This document shows positions 30,895 to 38,618 of a stretch of 64,000 bases of DNA, in pieces. Every line of letters begins with the position of its first letter. The first letter of the stretch is position 1. Source of the DNA: a virus. The position numbers and the translations under genes were made by a program. The stretch is taken from IMG/VR virus record IMGVR_UViG_3300021977_000001. One strand, written 5' to 3'. Below the pieces are notes generated by a model. The model was not told where the DNA came from and did no database searches. It saw nothing but the letters and a program-made list of their open reading frames with translations.

Positions 30895-30926
30895 GACGGC
30901 ATAAGGAAGCGTCAATGACGCTTCCT
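30895..30926 (-). terminator. hairpin + TTATGCCGTC
   Basis: aggaagcgtca/tgacgcttcct at the end of the lysis cassette. Confidence 0.75.
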
Positions 30927-31311
30927 AGATAGTGTAGTAAAGTAAAGGTAACAGCCAGGCACAGGCGTGTGGGCTAATTACCAACTTATAAATAGTACTC
31001 ATGCTAAAATCAGCAGCGGCTTGACCGTCTAAAGCCCGCATCACGCCAAAGGCCATAATCACTAACATATAACCATAGAGAAACAGTGAGAACGATTCAG
31101 TAACAACAAAGAACAATCCAAGACCAATGATAGTACTTGAGTCGCGTGCCCAAGTCGATACTCTGTCATACCAGGTAATAATACGCGCATCTAGTTTCTG
31201 ACATCGCTTACAGCGACTCGCTCTAAAGAGATACTCGCCGTCCATAACAGTAAATACATTAACACATAAAACAATAAAGACGGTAAGTAACGTGAGTGTA
31301 TAGAAAGTCAT
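30925..31311 (-). CDS. multi-pass membrane protein at end of lysis cassette
   Basis: 3-4 hydrophobic segments, CKRC loop; ATGA-coupled. Confidence 0.55.
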   Translation of the reverse strand: MTFYTLTLLTVFIVLCVNVFTVMDGEYLFRASRCKRCQKLDARIITWYDRVSTWARDSSTIIGLGLFFVVTESFSLFLYGYMLVIMAFGVMRALDGQAAADFSMSTIYKLVISPHACAWLLPLLYYTI

Positions 31312-31580
31312 ATATCATCCTTGGAGACCTTTAATTTAATATTCTCAAACATCAACTTTAGCGCCCCTAGGAAACCTCCCATATAGGCCACTACTGATAC
31401 CATTTGCCATTCTTCAAAGTTATCGAAATGATCTTTGTAAAAGGTGTGAAAATCGTAGGTTAGATAGCAGATAAATATTAAACACGCTACCTGCGCTATA
31501 CGTAACTTCATAAGAAGATACGCCACCTCATGTATACGGTTATCTAACCGCCGTCGCTCTGGTCTTTCTTCAGTCATCAT
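31308..31580 (-). CDS. small 2-TM protein, holin/antiholin-like
   Basis: Charged N-terminus, two TM segments, charged C-terminus; follows the o-spanin. Confidence 0.45.
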   Translation of the reverse strand: MMTEERPERRRLDNRIHEVAYLLMKLRIAQVACLIFICYLTYDFHTFYKDHFDNFEEWQMVSVVAYMGGFLGALKLMFENIKLKVSKDDI

Positions 31581-32127
31581 CCTGCTCCAAAAATGCCTGC
31601 TGTTGTAAGTTCCCCGCGTTCTCTAGCTCTTTAATAACCCCTTCAAGATACTGAATACGGTTACGTAACTGTTCAGTATAAAGACCCAGTTTAATCAACT
31701 GACTCTCTAACATAAACTGACCTTGTACGGTATAGCCGTATATAGCCCAGTTACATGCACTTTCCTGTGTCATGCCCGGATAGCGCTCATACACTTCATC
31801 TAACGTATAAGCATCATCTCGCCCGGCATCTTTAAACTCATCACAAACATACCTGTAATACGACGCGTCTTGAGCGGTTAGCGTAATGACCTCAGGCATG
31901 GTAATGGAGGGTTGAGGAATCGGTGCGGGTAGGGTAACTTTAGGAAGAAGGGGGACGGTCTTGACTTTGACTGTCTGCGTTTCCGGCAATGTTGCGCAGG
32001 AGCTCACCAACACGCATAGAAGCAGCGTTACCGCGCTCGTAAGGCGCTTCCAAGGCTTTAATAGATTCTGTCTGTCTAAGTCTATTGAGCTGACCTTCCA
32101 GCTCCGTAGCACGTCTTGAGGCGTCAT
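31570..32127 (-). CDS. o-spanin (Rz1-like lipoprotein)
   Basis: LLLCVLVSS-C lipobox, Pro-rich segment, C-terminal helix; overlaps i-spanin in another frame; probable start 32127 (GGAG 9 nt upstream). Confidence 0.7.
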   Translation of the reverse strand: MTPQDVLRSWKVSSIDLDRQNLLKPWKRLTSAVTLLLCVLVSSCATLPETQTVKVKTVPLLPKVTLPAPIPQPSITMPEVITLTAQDASYYRYVCDEFKDAGRDDAYTLDEVYERYPGMTQESACNWAIYGYTVQGQFMLESQLIKLGLYTEQLRNRIQYLEGVIKELENAGNLQQQAFLEQDDD

Positions 32128-32374
32128 TGTTTTGTTCTCCATAATCTACTAACAACGTTGCTTGCTTTTCAGTTAACACAGTAAGTTGTTCTATTGTCAT
32201 CTCTTGTTGTTCATTAACGGATTCAAGCGTGGCGATGTTTTGTTTTAACGTCTTTACTTCTAAGGCCTGTACTGCATAGTCGGTTTGTAAAGTTATCTTC
32301 TGATACCCTAACCACCCGGCTAAGCCTAAAGACGCCAGTAAGCCCGCTGCGGCTATTTTATAACCTAATAACAT
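31940..32374 (-). CDS. i-spanin (Rz-like)
   Basis: N-terminal TM (IAAAGLLASLGLAGWLGY) plus long coiled coil; between holin and lipoprotein. Confidence 0.72.
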   Translation of the reverse strand: MLLGYKIAAAGLLASLGLAGWLGYQKITLQTDYAVQALEVKTLKQNIATLESVNEQQEMTIEQLTVLTEKQATLLVDYGEQNNDASRRATELEGQLNRLRQTESIKALEAPYERGNAASMRVGELLRNIAGNADSQSQDRPPSS

Positions 32375-32384
32375 ATCTCTATCC

Positions 32385-32774
32385 TTACGGTGATTTAGTA
32401 AGATCTACGCCAAGATATTTAGCAGCTAGTACGCTAATAAGTTTATCTAACGTAGATGGGGGGTTGGGGTCTAAGCCTAGGCCTGCAGCGGCACGTGTTT
32501 TCTTATCTTGCGTGCGGTTATTAAAATAACTACGCAATACAAAAGCCGGTAGCCCAAGTAATGCGGTTATCTCTTCCCAACCAGGTAAATCTATTTGTCC
32601 TGAAACCACACCCTTTACCATAGATACCATATATGTGGCATAAAAGGCAGTAAACAGAATAGCCATCAACCACGTAATACGTGGTCGTGTCTTACCACCC
32701 TTAGCATCTTCCTTAGATAAGCTCTCCTGAACCGCGTTAAACTTATCAATGTCTATATTCTTTTGTTCTAACAT
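32385..32774 (-). CDS. holin (GTA 3TM-holin-like)
   Basis: RPRITWLMAILF...W......LG....LRSYF..R...KK pattern; first gene of the spanin cassette. Confidence 0.6.
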   Translation of the reverse strand: MLEQKNIDIDKFNAVQESLSKEDAKGGKTRPRITWLMAILFTAFYATYMVSMVKGVVSGQIDLPGWEEITALLGLPAFVLRSYFNNRTQDKKTRAAAGLGLDPNPPSTLDKLISVLAAKYLGVDLTKSP

Positions 32775-32823
32775 ACATCATAACCTGTTTTTAAACTTGT
32801 TCATAAAATGAACACAATACATA

Positions 32824-32857
32824 GACGGCATAGAGAAGAGCTAAATGCTCTTCTCTA
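32824..32857 (-). terminator. hairpin + TATGCCGTC
   Basis: tagagaagagc-taaat-gctcttctcta. Confidence 0.75.
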
Positions 32858-32861
32858 AATA

Positions 32862-33200
32862 TTAAACCGTATCATCAAACCATAGCGACAATACCACTGC
32901 GGTGGTACCCGCATCGTATTGCTGTCTAATATGATTGATCAATGTGTCATTTTCATAACAAAACACACGCTGTGTTTCTAAGTTACGTATAATGATGTCA
33001 ATTAAATCTCGCATATCACGATCAATAGCATCTTCAGAAAGTTTAGTATCTAAATGATGTCTAACCATTCCAACTGCTAAGCCTGCTGCTTTGCGCTGCC
33101 AGTTTTTATCAGTATGCATGTCGCTAACGACAGTATGATGTTTGGACGTATTAATGTGTTGACCACGTACGACAACGCTCGCTTCAAAGGTAATCTTCAC
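32862..33200 (-). CDS. hypothetical protein
   Basis: GTG start abutting the upstream stop; ends at a hairpin terminator. Confidence 0.55.
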   Translation of the reverse strand: MKITFEASVVVRGQHINTSKHHTVVSDMHTDKNWQRKAAGLAVGMVRHHLDTKLSEDAIDRDMRDLIDIIIRNLETQRVFCYENDTLINHIRQQYDAGTTAVVLSLWFDDTV

Positions 33201-33530
33201 CTATTCTTCCTCATCTGGATATTCTTCATCTCTACCATGTAACTGGTATAGTTCATTTCCACTGGTGTGATCGAGTATATGTTCTAAGTTACCCTGATCG
33301 TTAGTGAAACACATGCCTTTAGGTAGGAACGTGCGATGGAAACGATTATGCCACTGGCCTGTAAACTTAGTGGGTTTACCATTTCTGTAATGGGTTGGTG
33401 CACATACACAACACAATACCATGTCGTTAGGGACGTTATCAAAATGTACTTCGTTACGACGGACGTTGTGGTATAGACCTAATGCGGTGTTCTCAGCTAC
33501 ACCGCATTTAATACATTGGAATATAGACAT
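33201..33530 (-). CDS. Cys-rich (Zn-binding) phage protein
   Basis: MSIFQCIKCG..ENTAL...LCCVC...GQWH..F.R.FLPKG..TN..GNLEH, a recognisable small phage family. Confidence 0.6.
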   Translation of the reverse strand: MSIFQCIKCGVAENTALGLYHNVRRNEVHFDNVPNDMVLCCVCAPTHYRNGKPTKFTGQWHNRFHRTFLPKGMCFTNDQGNLEHILDHTSGNELYQLHGRDEEYPDEEE

Positions 33531-33541
33531 ACTACTTACTC

Positions 33542-34186
33542 TTAGATGGATTGATTTAATGCAAAGATCACATCATCAGCCACCATAGAGAACGTTTGAT
33601 CAGCATTGATAATTAAGGTTTTATTATCATCACCCATCACCTTATCATAAGCGCTAATAATCTCACCGTATCGACGATGCCACATCGTAAACGTACTAAG
33701 TGGCGCATCATCGTTCTTATCGGCAACATCACCACGACCAGCACCAGAGGTACAGCGCTTCTTAGCTACCTTAGGTGATACGTCTAGGTAGAACATAAAG
33801 TCAGGACGCTGATACGTGTTTGCTATCTCTTCAATAACAGGATGAAGAGGCTGACTAGAGTAATAGTCCCACTGATACGCTAATGTAGACATCCAGTAAC
33901 GATCTAATATCACCCACTTACCATCATCTAACAGGGGCTGCACCACGTCTACTAAAAGACGCCTTCTTGCTAGCCACAATAGTTCAGTTTGCGTTTCAAC
34001 ACTGATATCGCTATCGGGGTGTTTAATTAACGTCCTTACCGCTTCCCCTATCGGTGTGCTACCTGGTTCTCGAAACGTTAACGCTTCAATGCCTTGTACT
34101 TCCTTTAACCAAGTAATAATGCGTTCAACAATAGACGTTTTACCCGCACCTTCTATGCCTTCTACAACAATAAGTTTACCTGACAT
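33542..34186 (-). CDS. tmk: thymidylate kinase
   Basis: IVVEGIEGAGKTS, REPG, ILDRYWMSTLAYQ, PDFMFYLDV; start reassigned to 34186. Confidence 0.92.
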   Translation of the reverse strand: MSGKLIVVEGIEGAGKTSIVERIITWLKEVQGIEALTFREPGSTPIGEAVRTLIKHPDSDISVETQTELLWLARRRLLVDVVQPLLDDGKWVILDRYWMSTLAYQWDYYSSQPLHPVIEEIANTYQRPDFMFYLDVSPKVAKKRCTSGAGRGDVADKNDDAPLSTFTMWHRRYGEIISAYDKVMGDDNKTLIINADQTFSMVADDVIFALNQSI

Positions 34187-34187
34187 A

Positions 34188-34910
34188 TTACACCTTTGAG
34201 TAAGTGAGATGGTTATCCCATGCCGCTTGCAATGCGTCATGGATATAGTCTGCTACTTTATCGCTGGGAATATTTAAATCAATAGCAGTTAACACAGTAA
34301 CCTCTAAGATGGCATTATCAGCAGCAGATTCACCAGCGCTAGAAACGCACCAGTTGCGCTGATAAGTACCTTCTTTATCACCGTGTTGTTGTCTGAAATG
34401 ATTAAGTTGATTTTTACCAATATACCACGTATACAACGCTTCAAAACTCAGCCCTAAATCTTCCATAATACGCATGAAGTAAGTGATATCAGGTTCACGA
34501 AACTCAATGGTATCGTTAATAAAACGCTCTACATCAACGCAGAGTTCTTCCACACCCTCTGGAAAGGTTAACGGTTTCCCAAGCGGCCCTTCATTTAAAA
34601 TACTATCCGCTAGGATAATAGCCACATCTTGAAATGATTCTTCTTCATCACGACGTTGTAATAGATGTGATAGATAGAAATGCCAGATATCGACAACCTC
34701 AAGCTGAGCCTGTTTAATGCTAACTTCGCCTTTCTTCCACCATTCCCAGTCAACCCATTCGGTAACCAGCTCAGATGCCTCTGTCCACATAGCGCGATAC
34801 CAGGGACGTTCTAGACTTACCCAGTCTTCCGTTTTATTCATCACTACATTAACATCATGTTGTTTTTGAAGCATGTCAGTTAATGCGTTTATTAATTGCT
34901 CTTTATCCAT
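34188..34910 (-). CDS. dut: dimeric all-alpha dUTPase (dUTPase_2 family)
   Basis: AMWTEASEL, WEWWKK, EVVDIWHF, YIGKNQLNHFRQ..G...GTY...W; start reassigned to 34910. Confidence 0.88.
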   Translation of the reverse strand: MDKEQLINALTDMLQKQHDVNVVMNKTEDWVSLERPWYRAMWTEASELVTEWVDWEWWKKGEVSIKQAQLEVVDIWHFYLSHLLQRRDEEESFQDVAIILADSILNEGPLGKPLTFPEGVEELCVDVERFINDTIEFREPDITYFMRIMEDLGLSFEALYTWYIGKNQLNHFRQQHGDKEGTYQRNWCVSSAGESAADNAILEVTVLTAIDLNIPSDKVADYIHDALQAAWDNHLTYSKV

Positions 34911-35181
34911 TATCTTTATCCTTACTAGGTAAAATGTAATCGTTAATCTGATCGATAGTATAGCCTTTAGGATCCGAAGACCATAATACTTGAGAGATAT
35001 CAACATTAAATGTGTAAGTCTTTTCACATACACTACATTGATGCGGTACTTTTTTACTTTCAACCCCACCCCACCAATCTGAAACACTATAGTCATCACG
35101 TAGAGGTTTTACAGGGTTACCGCATACATCGCAATCGTAGGCTATTTGAATAGGTGTTAGAATTACCTGTCTAGCGGGCAT
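34903..35181 (-). CDS. small Zn-ribbon protein
   Basis: CDVC...CSVC; overlaps both neighbours. Confidence 0.55.
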   Translation of the reverse strand: MPARQVILTPIQIAYDCDVCGNPVKPLRDDYSVSDWWGGVESKKVPHQCSVCEKTYTFNVDISQVLWSSDPKGYTIDQINDYILPSKDKDNG

Positions 35182-35758
35182 AGCGGCGCTCCAATTTAAT
35201 TCTCATGTCAGTTTCTGAGTTCTCGGTGTTAACAAAGTGAAGAATCTGAAAACCAATACCGGGCGTTTTAGATTTCTCTAACTCGCTTATCTTTTCAATA
35301 GCAAATGAATCTAACAAGTCTTTATCAAAGAAAGCATCACAATCAAAATGCGATATTTTAGCATGTGATATTCGGGTAACTATATATCGGTCAACCCAGC
35401 GATGCATAGCTTTGTATATCTCACTCCCGCCACAAATAAATATCTTAGTACGTTCACCACCGGTGTCGATAGAATCTGCTAATGCTCTGGCTGTCCACAT
35501 AGCGTTTTCAGGACTAGAGGTCACTATACAGCCTTGTATATTTAGATTCATGTTTTTAGTAAGCACGATGGTGACGCGGCCTGGTAAGGGTCTACCTATG
35601 CTTTCAAAGGTCTTGCGGCCCATAATAACTATTTGTTTATAGGTGGTTGCTTTAAAGTGCTTAAAGTCCTCAGGACAATACCACGGAATGTTATTTTCCC
35701 GTCCTATACCCCAGCGGGTATCACAAGCCAATATACCGATAGCGTTGTCGTAATTCAT
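35171..35758 (-). CDS. folA: dihydrofolate reductase
   Basis: GIGRENNIPWYCPEDFKHFK, IMGRKTFESIGRPLPGR, ICGGSEIY, CDAFF. Confidence 0.95.
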   Translation of the reverse strand: MNYDNAIGILACDTRWGIGRENNIPWYCPEDFKHFKATTYKQIVIMGRKTFESIGRPLPGRVTIVLTKNMNLNIQGCIVTSSPENAMWTARALADSIDTGGERTKIFICGGSEIYKAMHRWVDRYIVTRISHAKISHFDCDAFFDKDLLDSFAIEKISELEKSKTPGIGFQILHFVNTENSETDMRIKLERRYAR

Positions 35759-36069
35759 CGTGAGAATTCCTTAACCAATAATTCAGATCGTTCTGATGCT
35801 TCCAAATCCATTAGAAACATTAAATAAGCAATAGAGTCAGTGATCTCGCCCTTGGCTAGATGGTTTCTAAGTGCCGTTACACATTCTTGAGGCGTGTTAA
35901 AGAATCGCCCATCACCAACTTCACTGCCAACAGGCGGGTATCGCCAACCATGCGCTAAACCGTGTTTCTTTTGCGCTAAGGTTAGCTTTTTAAGCACCCG
36001 GTCTGTGGCCAGTGTGACGGTATTATGAGTATCGTCATGTAACTCATCAGTATCAATTAAATTACTCAT
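35755..36069 (-). CDS. hypothetical phage protein
   Basis: KL..AQKKHG...GW...C..AL..HL.KG...D..AY pattern of small phage proteins; coupled overlaps. Confidence 0.55.
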   Translation of the reverse strand: MSNLIDTDELHDDTHNTVTLATDRVLKKLTLAQKKHGLAHGWRYPPVGSEVGDGRFFNTPQECVTALRNHLAKGEITDSIAYLMFLMDLEASERSELLVKEFSR

Positions 36070-36430
36070 CTAACTCTCCGTTGTAGTGAAAAGGAATGTC
36101 ATAGTTGTTACAAATACGTTCAAACATTCCTATTAATAAATGACGATGACAAAACTCACCAGCCTTACAATAACAACCAAAGGCAACGTGTTCTCGCTTA
36201 GCCATTGCTTCAAAAAGGTTTCTATAACGTCTATAGCGATAACGCATGAGCTCTTGAAACTTCTGCGTGTATTCTTCTTCCGTAATCTCTTTACGTTTAT
36301 AGGCCATCAGTAACCCCCATGTAGGAGCTAGCCAACGATGACCACTCTTAACCGACGCATTAATGATAGTAATATCTTCAACGCCTTCTATGGATTCTAT
36401 CTTACCTATTTGATACGTATAACATTGCAT
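36062..36430 (-). CDS. DUF488-like protein
   Basis: LAPTWGLL..Y.....EEEY...F..LM...VAFGCYCKAGEFCHRHLL. Confidence 0.65.
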   Translation of the reverse strand: MQCYTYQIGKIESIEGVEDITIINASVKSGHRWLAPTWGLLMAYKRKEITEEEYTQKFQELMRYRYRRYRNLFEAMAKREHVAFGCYCKAGEFCHRHLLIGMFERICNNYDIPFHYNGELDE

Positions 36431-36474
36431 GTTTATATACCTCTATAGGGTTTCTCAACGCTGTTAGAGTTAAC

Positions 36475-36504
36475 ACGGCATAGAGGTCAGGGTTACCCCT
36501 GACC
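36475..36504 (-). terminator. hairpin + CTATGCCGT
   Basis: ggtcaggg-ttac-ccctgacc; upstream stop codon in loop. Confidence 0.7.
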
Positions 36505-36897
36505 GACTCTAGGCTTACCTACAGGGCCCTCATCAGGCCGTATAGTTTCAAGTAGATTGCGTGATTCTTCATTGATCCGTTTAATCCTAAGTAATAAATC
36601 AATAATCTGGCGACTATTTAATTTAAGTGATTGAGAAGCAAGACTTCTATCTTTTTCGATATATTCCTGTTTCTCATTCATCTCAGCAATTAACTGATCA
36701 ATGATATCCTCCAAAGGTATACCATCTGGATTATTACGTGACATTAAAATAGGCGTGGTGCCCATCTTGTCTAACTTTCGAGTTACGTGAGTAAGTTGCG
36801 CCATTGGGTCAACTTTAGCCTGAATGACTTGCTCAATCTCAGCTAAAGTCTCATGACCTACATTAGTGGGTGTAACTAGAAAGAACGTTTTCATCAC
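36493..36897 (-). CDS. hypothetical protein
   Basis: 134 aa, coupled to ruvC. Confidence 0.6.
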   Translation of the reverse strand: MMKTFFLVTPTNVGHETLAEIEQVIQAKVDPMAQLTHVTRKLDKMGTTPILMSRNNPDGIPLEDIIDQLIAEMNEKQEYIEKDRSLASQSLKLNSRQIIDLLLRIKRINEESRNLLETIRPDEGPVGKPRVGQG

Positions 36898-37469
36898 GAC
36901 CTCTTCAAATAAGTATTAAACTGCATCTGATATAACCAATAGGCAACTGCTACCGCATCCACGCTATGTTCATCTAAAGTCTCTACATCAAGACCATCAG
37001 CCCAAGCAATGCCGTCGTGATCAATTAGAGCACGCTGCATATCGTCTTTATCTTTAGAAGAACCTGATACCCCTAGGGCGTTCTTAACACTCTTAGGGTC
37101 TATCTCATTGAGCTTAAGGGCAAAGTCATGATAGATCAGCGCCTGGGTTACTGTACATACGCATTCTTTAAGTGCTCCATAGGCGGCAGGAAAACGTCCT
37201 AAGAAAGGTGTTTCAATAGCCACCGCATGAGGTTCCCATTGATCGAAAAGCTTAACAATAGCATTATAATGGCCATGTAATTTGGCTACACGATCACCAT
37301 GTACTTTTGCAATATGCGAATAACGCTTAACATGATCTTTCCCTTTAAAGGTAAATGACTGGACGCAGGTAACTTTATAGGTTTTAATATCAACCTCTAA
37401 AATACCCACGCCCATATTATCTACACTTGGATCAAATCCAATGATCCGATATGTATTTACGCCAAACAT
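36894..37469 (-). CDS. ruvC: RuvC-like Holliday junction resolvase
   Basis: IIGFDPS, VAIETPF, PKSVKNALGVSG..DK, EHSVDAVAVA. Confidence 0.88.
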   Translation of the reverse strand: MFGVNTYRIIGFDPSVDNMGVGILEVDIKTYKVTCVQSFTFKGKDHVKRYSHIAKVHGDRVAKLHGHYNAIVKLFDQWEPHAVAIETPFLGRFPAAYGALKECVCTVTQALIYHDFALKLNEIDPKSVKNALGVSGSSKDKDDMQRALIDHDGIAWADGLDVETLDEHSVDAVAVAYWLYQMQFNTYLKRS

Positions 37470-37471
37470 AG

Positions 37472-37774
37472 TTAGTCTAACCTATTATTATTAAGCCTGA
37501 TAACCAGCATCTTACGCTGTGCGGCGGCAAGCGATAAATTAAAACGATGAACACTGCCGTTATCGTTTATCTCAAGAGGAAGTTTACAATTAGAGATATA
37601 AAGACCTCCACAACGATTACAATGACACGGCCACGCATTAGCACCGTATAACTGTTCGCGTGTATTATCGCTTATCGTACTTAGCACCACGATACCACCA
37701 CAATCCTTTGTCTCACACTTGTAGTTTAACGTGTGGGTGAAGGTGCTTGAGATTTTAATATGGTCAGCTAACAT
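37472..37774 (-). CDS. small Cys-rich protein
   Basis: CETKDCGG...CHCNRCGG. Confidence 0.5.
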   Translation of the reverse strand: MLADHIKISSTFTHTLNYKCETKDCGGIVVLSTISDNTREQLYGANAWPCHCNRCGGLYISNCKLPLEINDNGSVHRFNLSLAAAQRKMLVIRLNNNRLD

Positions 37775-37784
37775 AAGTCACCTG

Positions 37785-38618
37785 TTAAATAGCAAGTGAC
37801 TCAGTACCACCTAAATTAAACTCAAGCGTTAAGCTGTTGTTTAACAACCAAAGTTGCTGATGTAGGGTGATGTGTGTGTTGACCTGAGCGGCGATTACCT
37901 CATTGTAGGTAAACGACCCTCCTTCATTGTTAACGGCGCTGTGTGTGAAATCTTGACCTGTCACTAGCGCAATTTCAGAAAGCGTCGCGTACTCCTCTTC
38001 ACCATAGATGATCTTAGCCGCATTAACGATTTCATTAATGATCTCAGTAGTGAAGTTAAGCGTGATGCCTGCTGACGCCGTCAGATACTCGCCGTCAGAT
38101 ACATTAATACCCGTAGGGTTAGTTTCAACTGGCGTAGGCTGCAAATCGCTTGATGACGGTGTATATGGTACCGTATTTTGCTCACCATCAGTTACGGTGA
38201 CACGACTATAGTCGATGTCTACATTAGTGTTATCTATACGTAAAAGATAATAAGCAATGTAGTTAACGCCATCAATCGTTTCTTCGCGACGCATACCGTA
38301 ACGTGCGCGCTCTGCAGAGGTAAGATCGTTATCTTCTTCTCGCAATACAAAAGGGAGATGTTTAAACAACGCAGCATCAGATGCCCTGTGGGTGTTTAGA
38401 CGGGTTAGGGAAGCACCATCAGCACCGGTTGCGTTTCTGTGACCACCACGACCTATTGCTAAATACTGCATGACCGGATACCCTTCAGTAGGATGGGTGC
38501 CGTCTAAAATACCAAACTTCTCATTAAGCGTGGTGTTATCTACGATGTCGTAGGGGATACCTAGCACTTGTGCTGATTGTAAAGCACTGGCATAGATAGT
38601 ACGTGTTACATTAGTCAT
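37785..38618 (-). CDS. phiKZ-like virion structural protein
   Basis: 277 aa; second gene divergent from portal (recalled phiKZ gp127-129 arrangement). Confidence 0.65.
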   Translation of the reverse strand: MTNVTRTIYASALQSAQVLGIPYDIVDNTTLNEKFGILDGTHPTEGYPVMQYLAIGRGGHRNATGADGASLTRLNTHRASDAALFKHLPFVLREEDNDLTSAERARYGMRREETIDGVNYIAYYLLRIDNTNVDIDYSRVTVTDGEQNTVPYTPSSSDLQPTPVETNPTGINVSDGEYLTASAGITLNFTTEIINEIVNAAKIIYGEEEYATLSEIALVTGQDFTHSAVNNEGGSFTYNEVIAAQVNTHITLHQQLWLLNNSLTLEFNLGGTESLAI

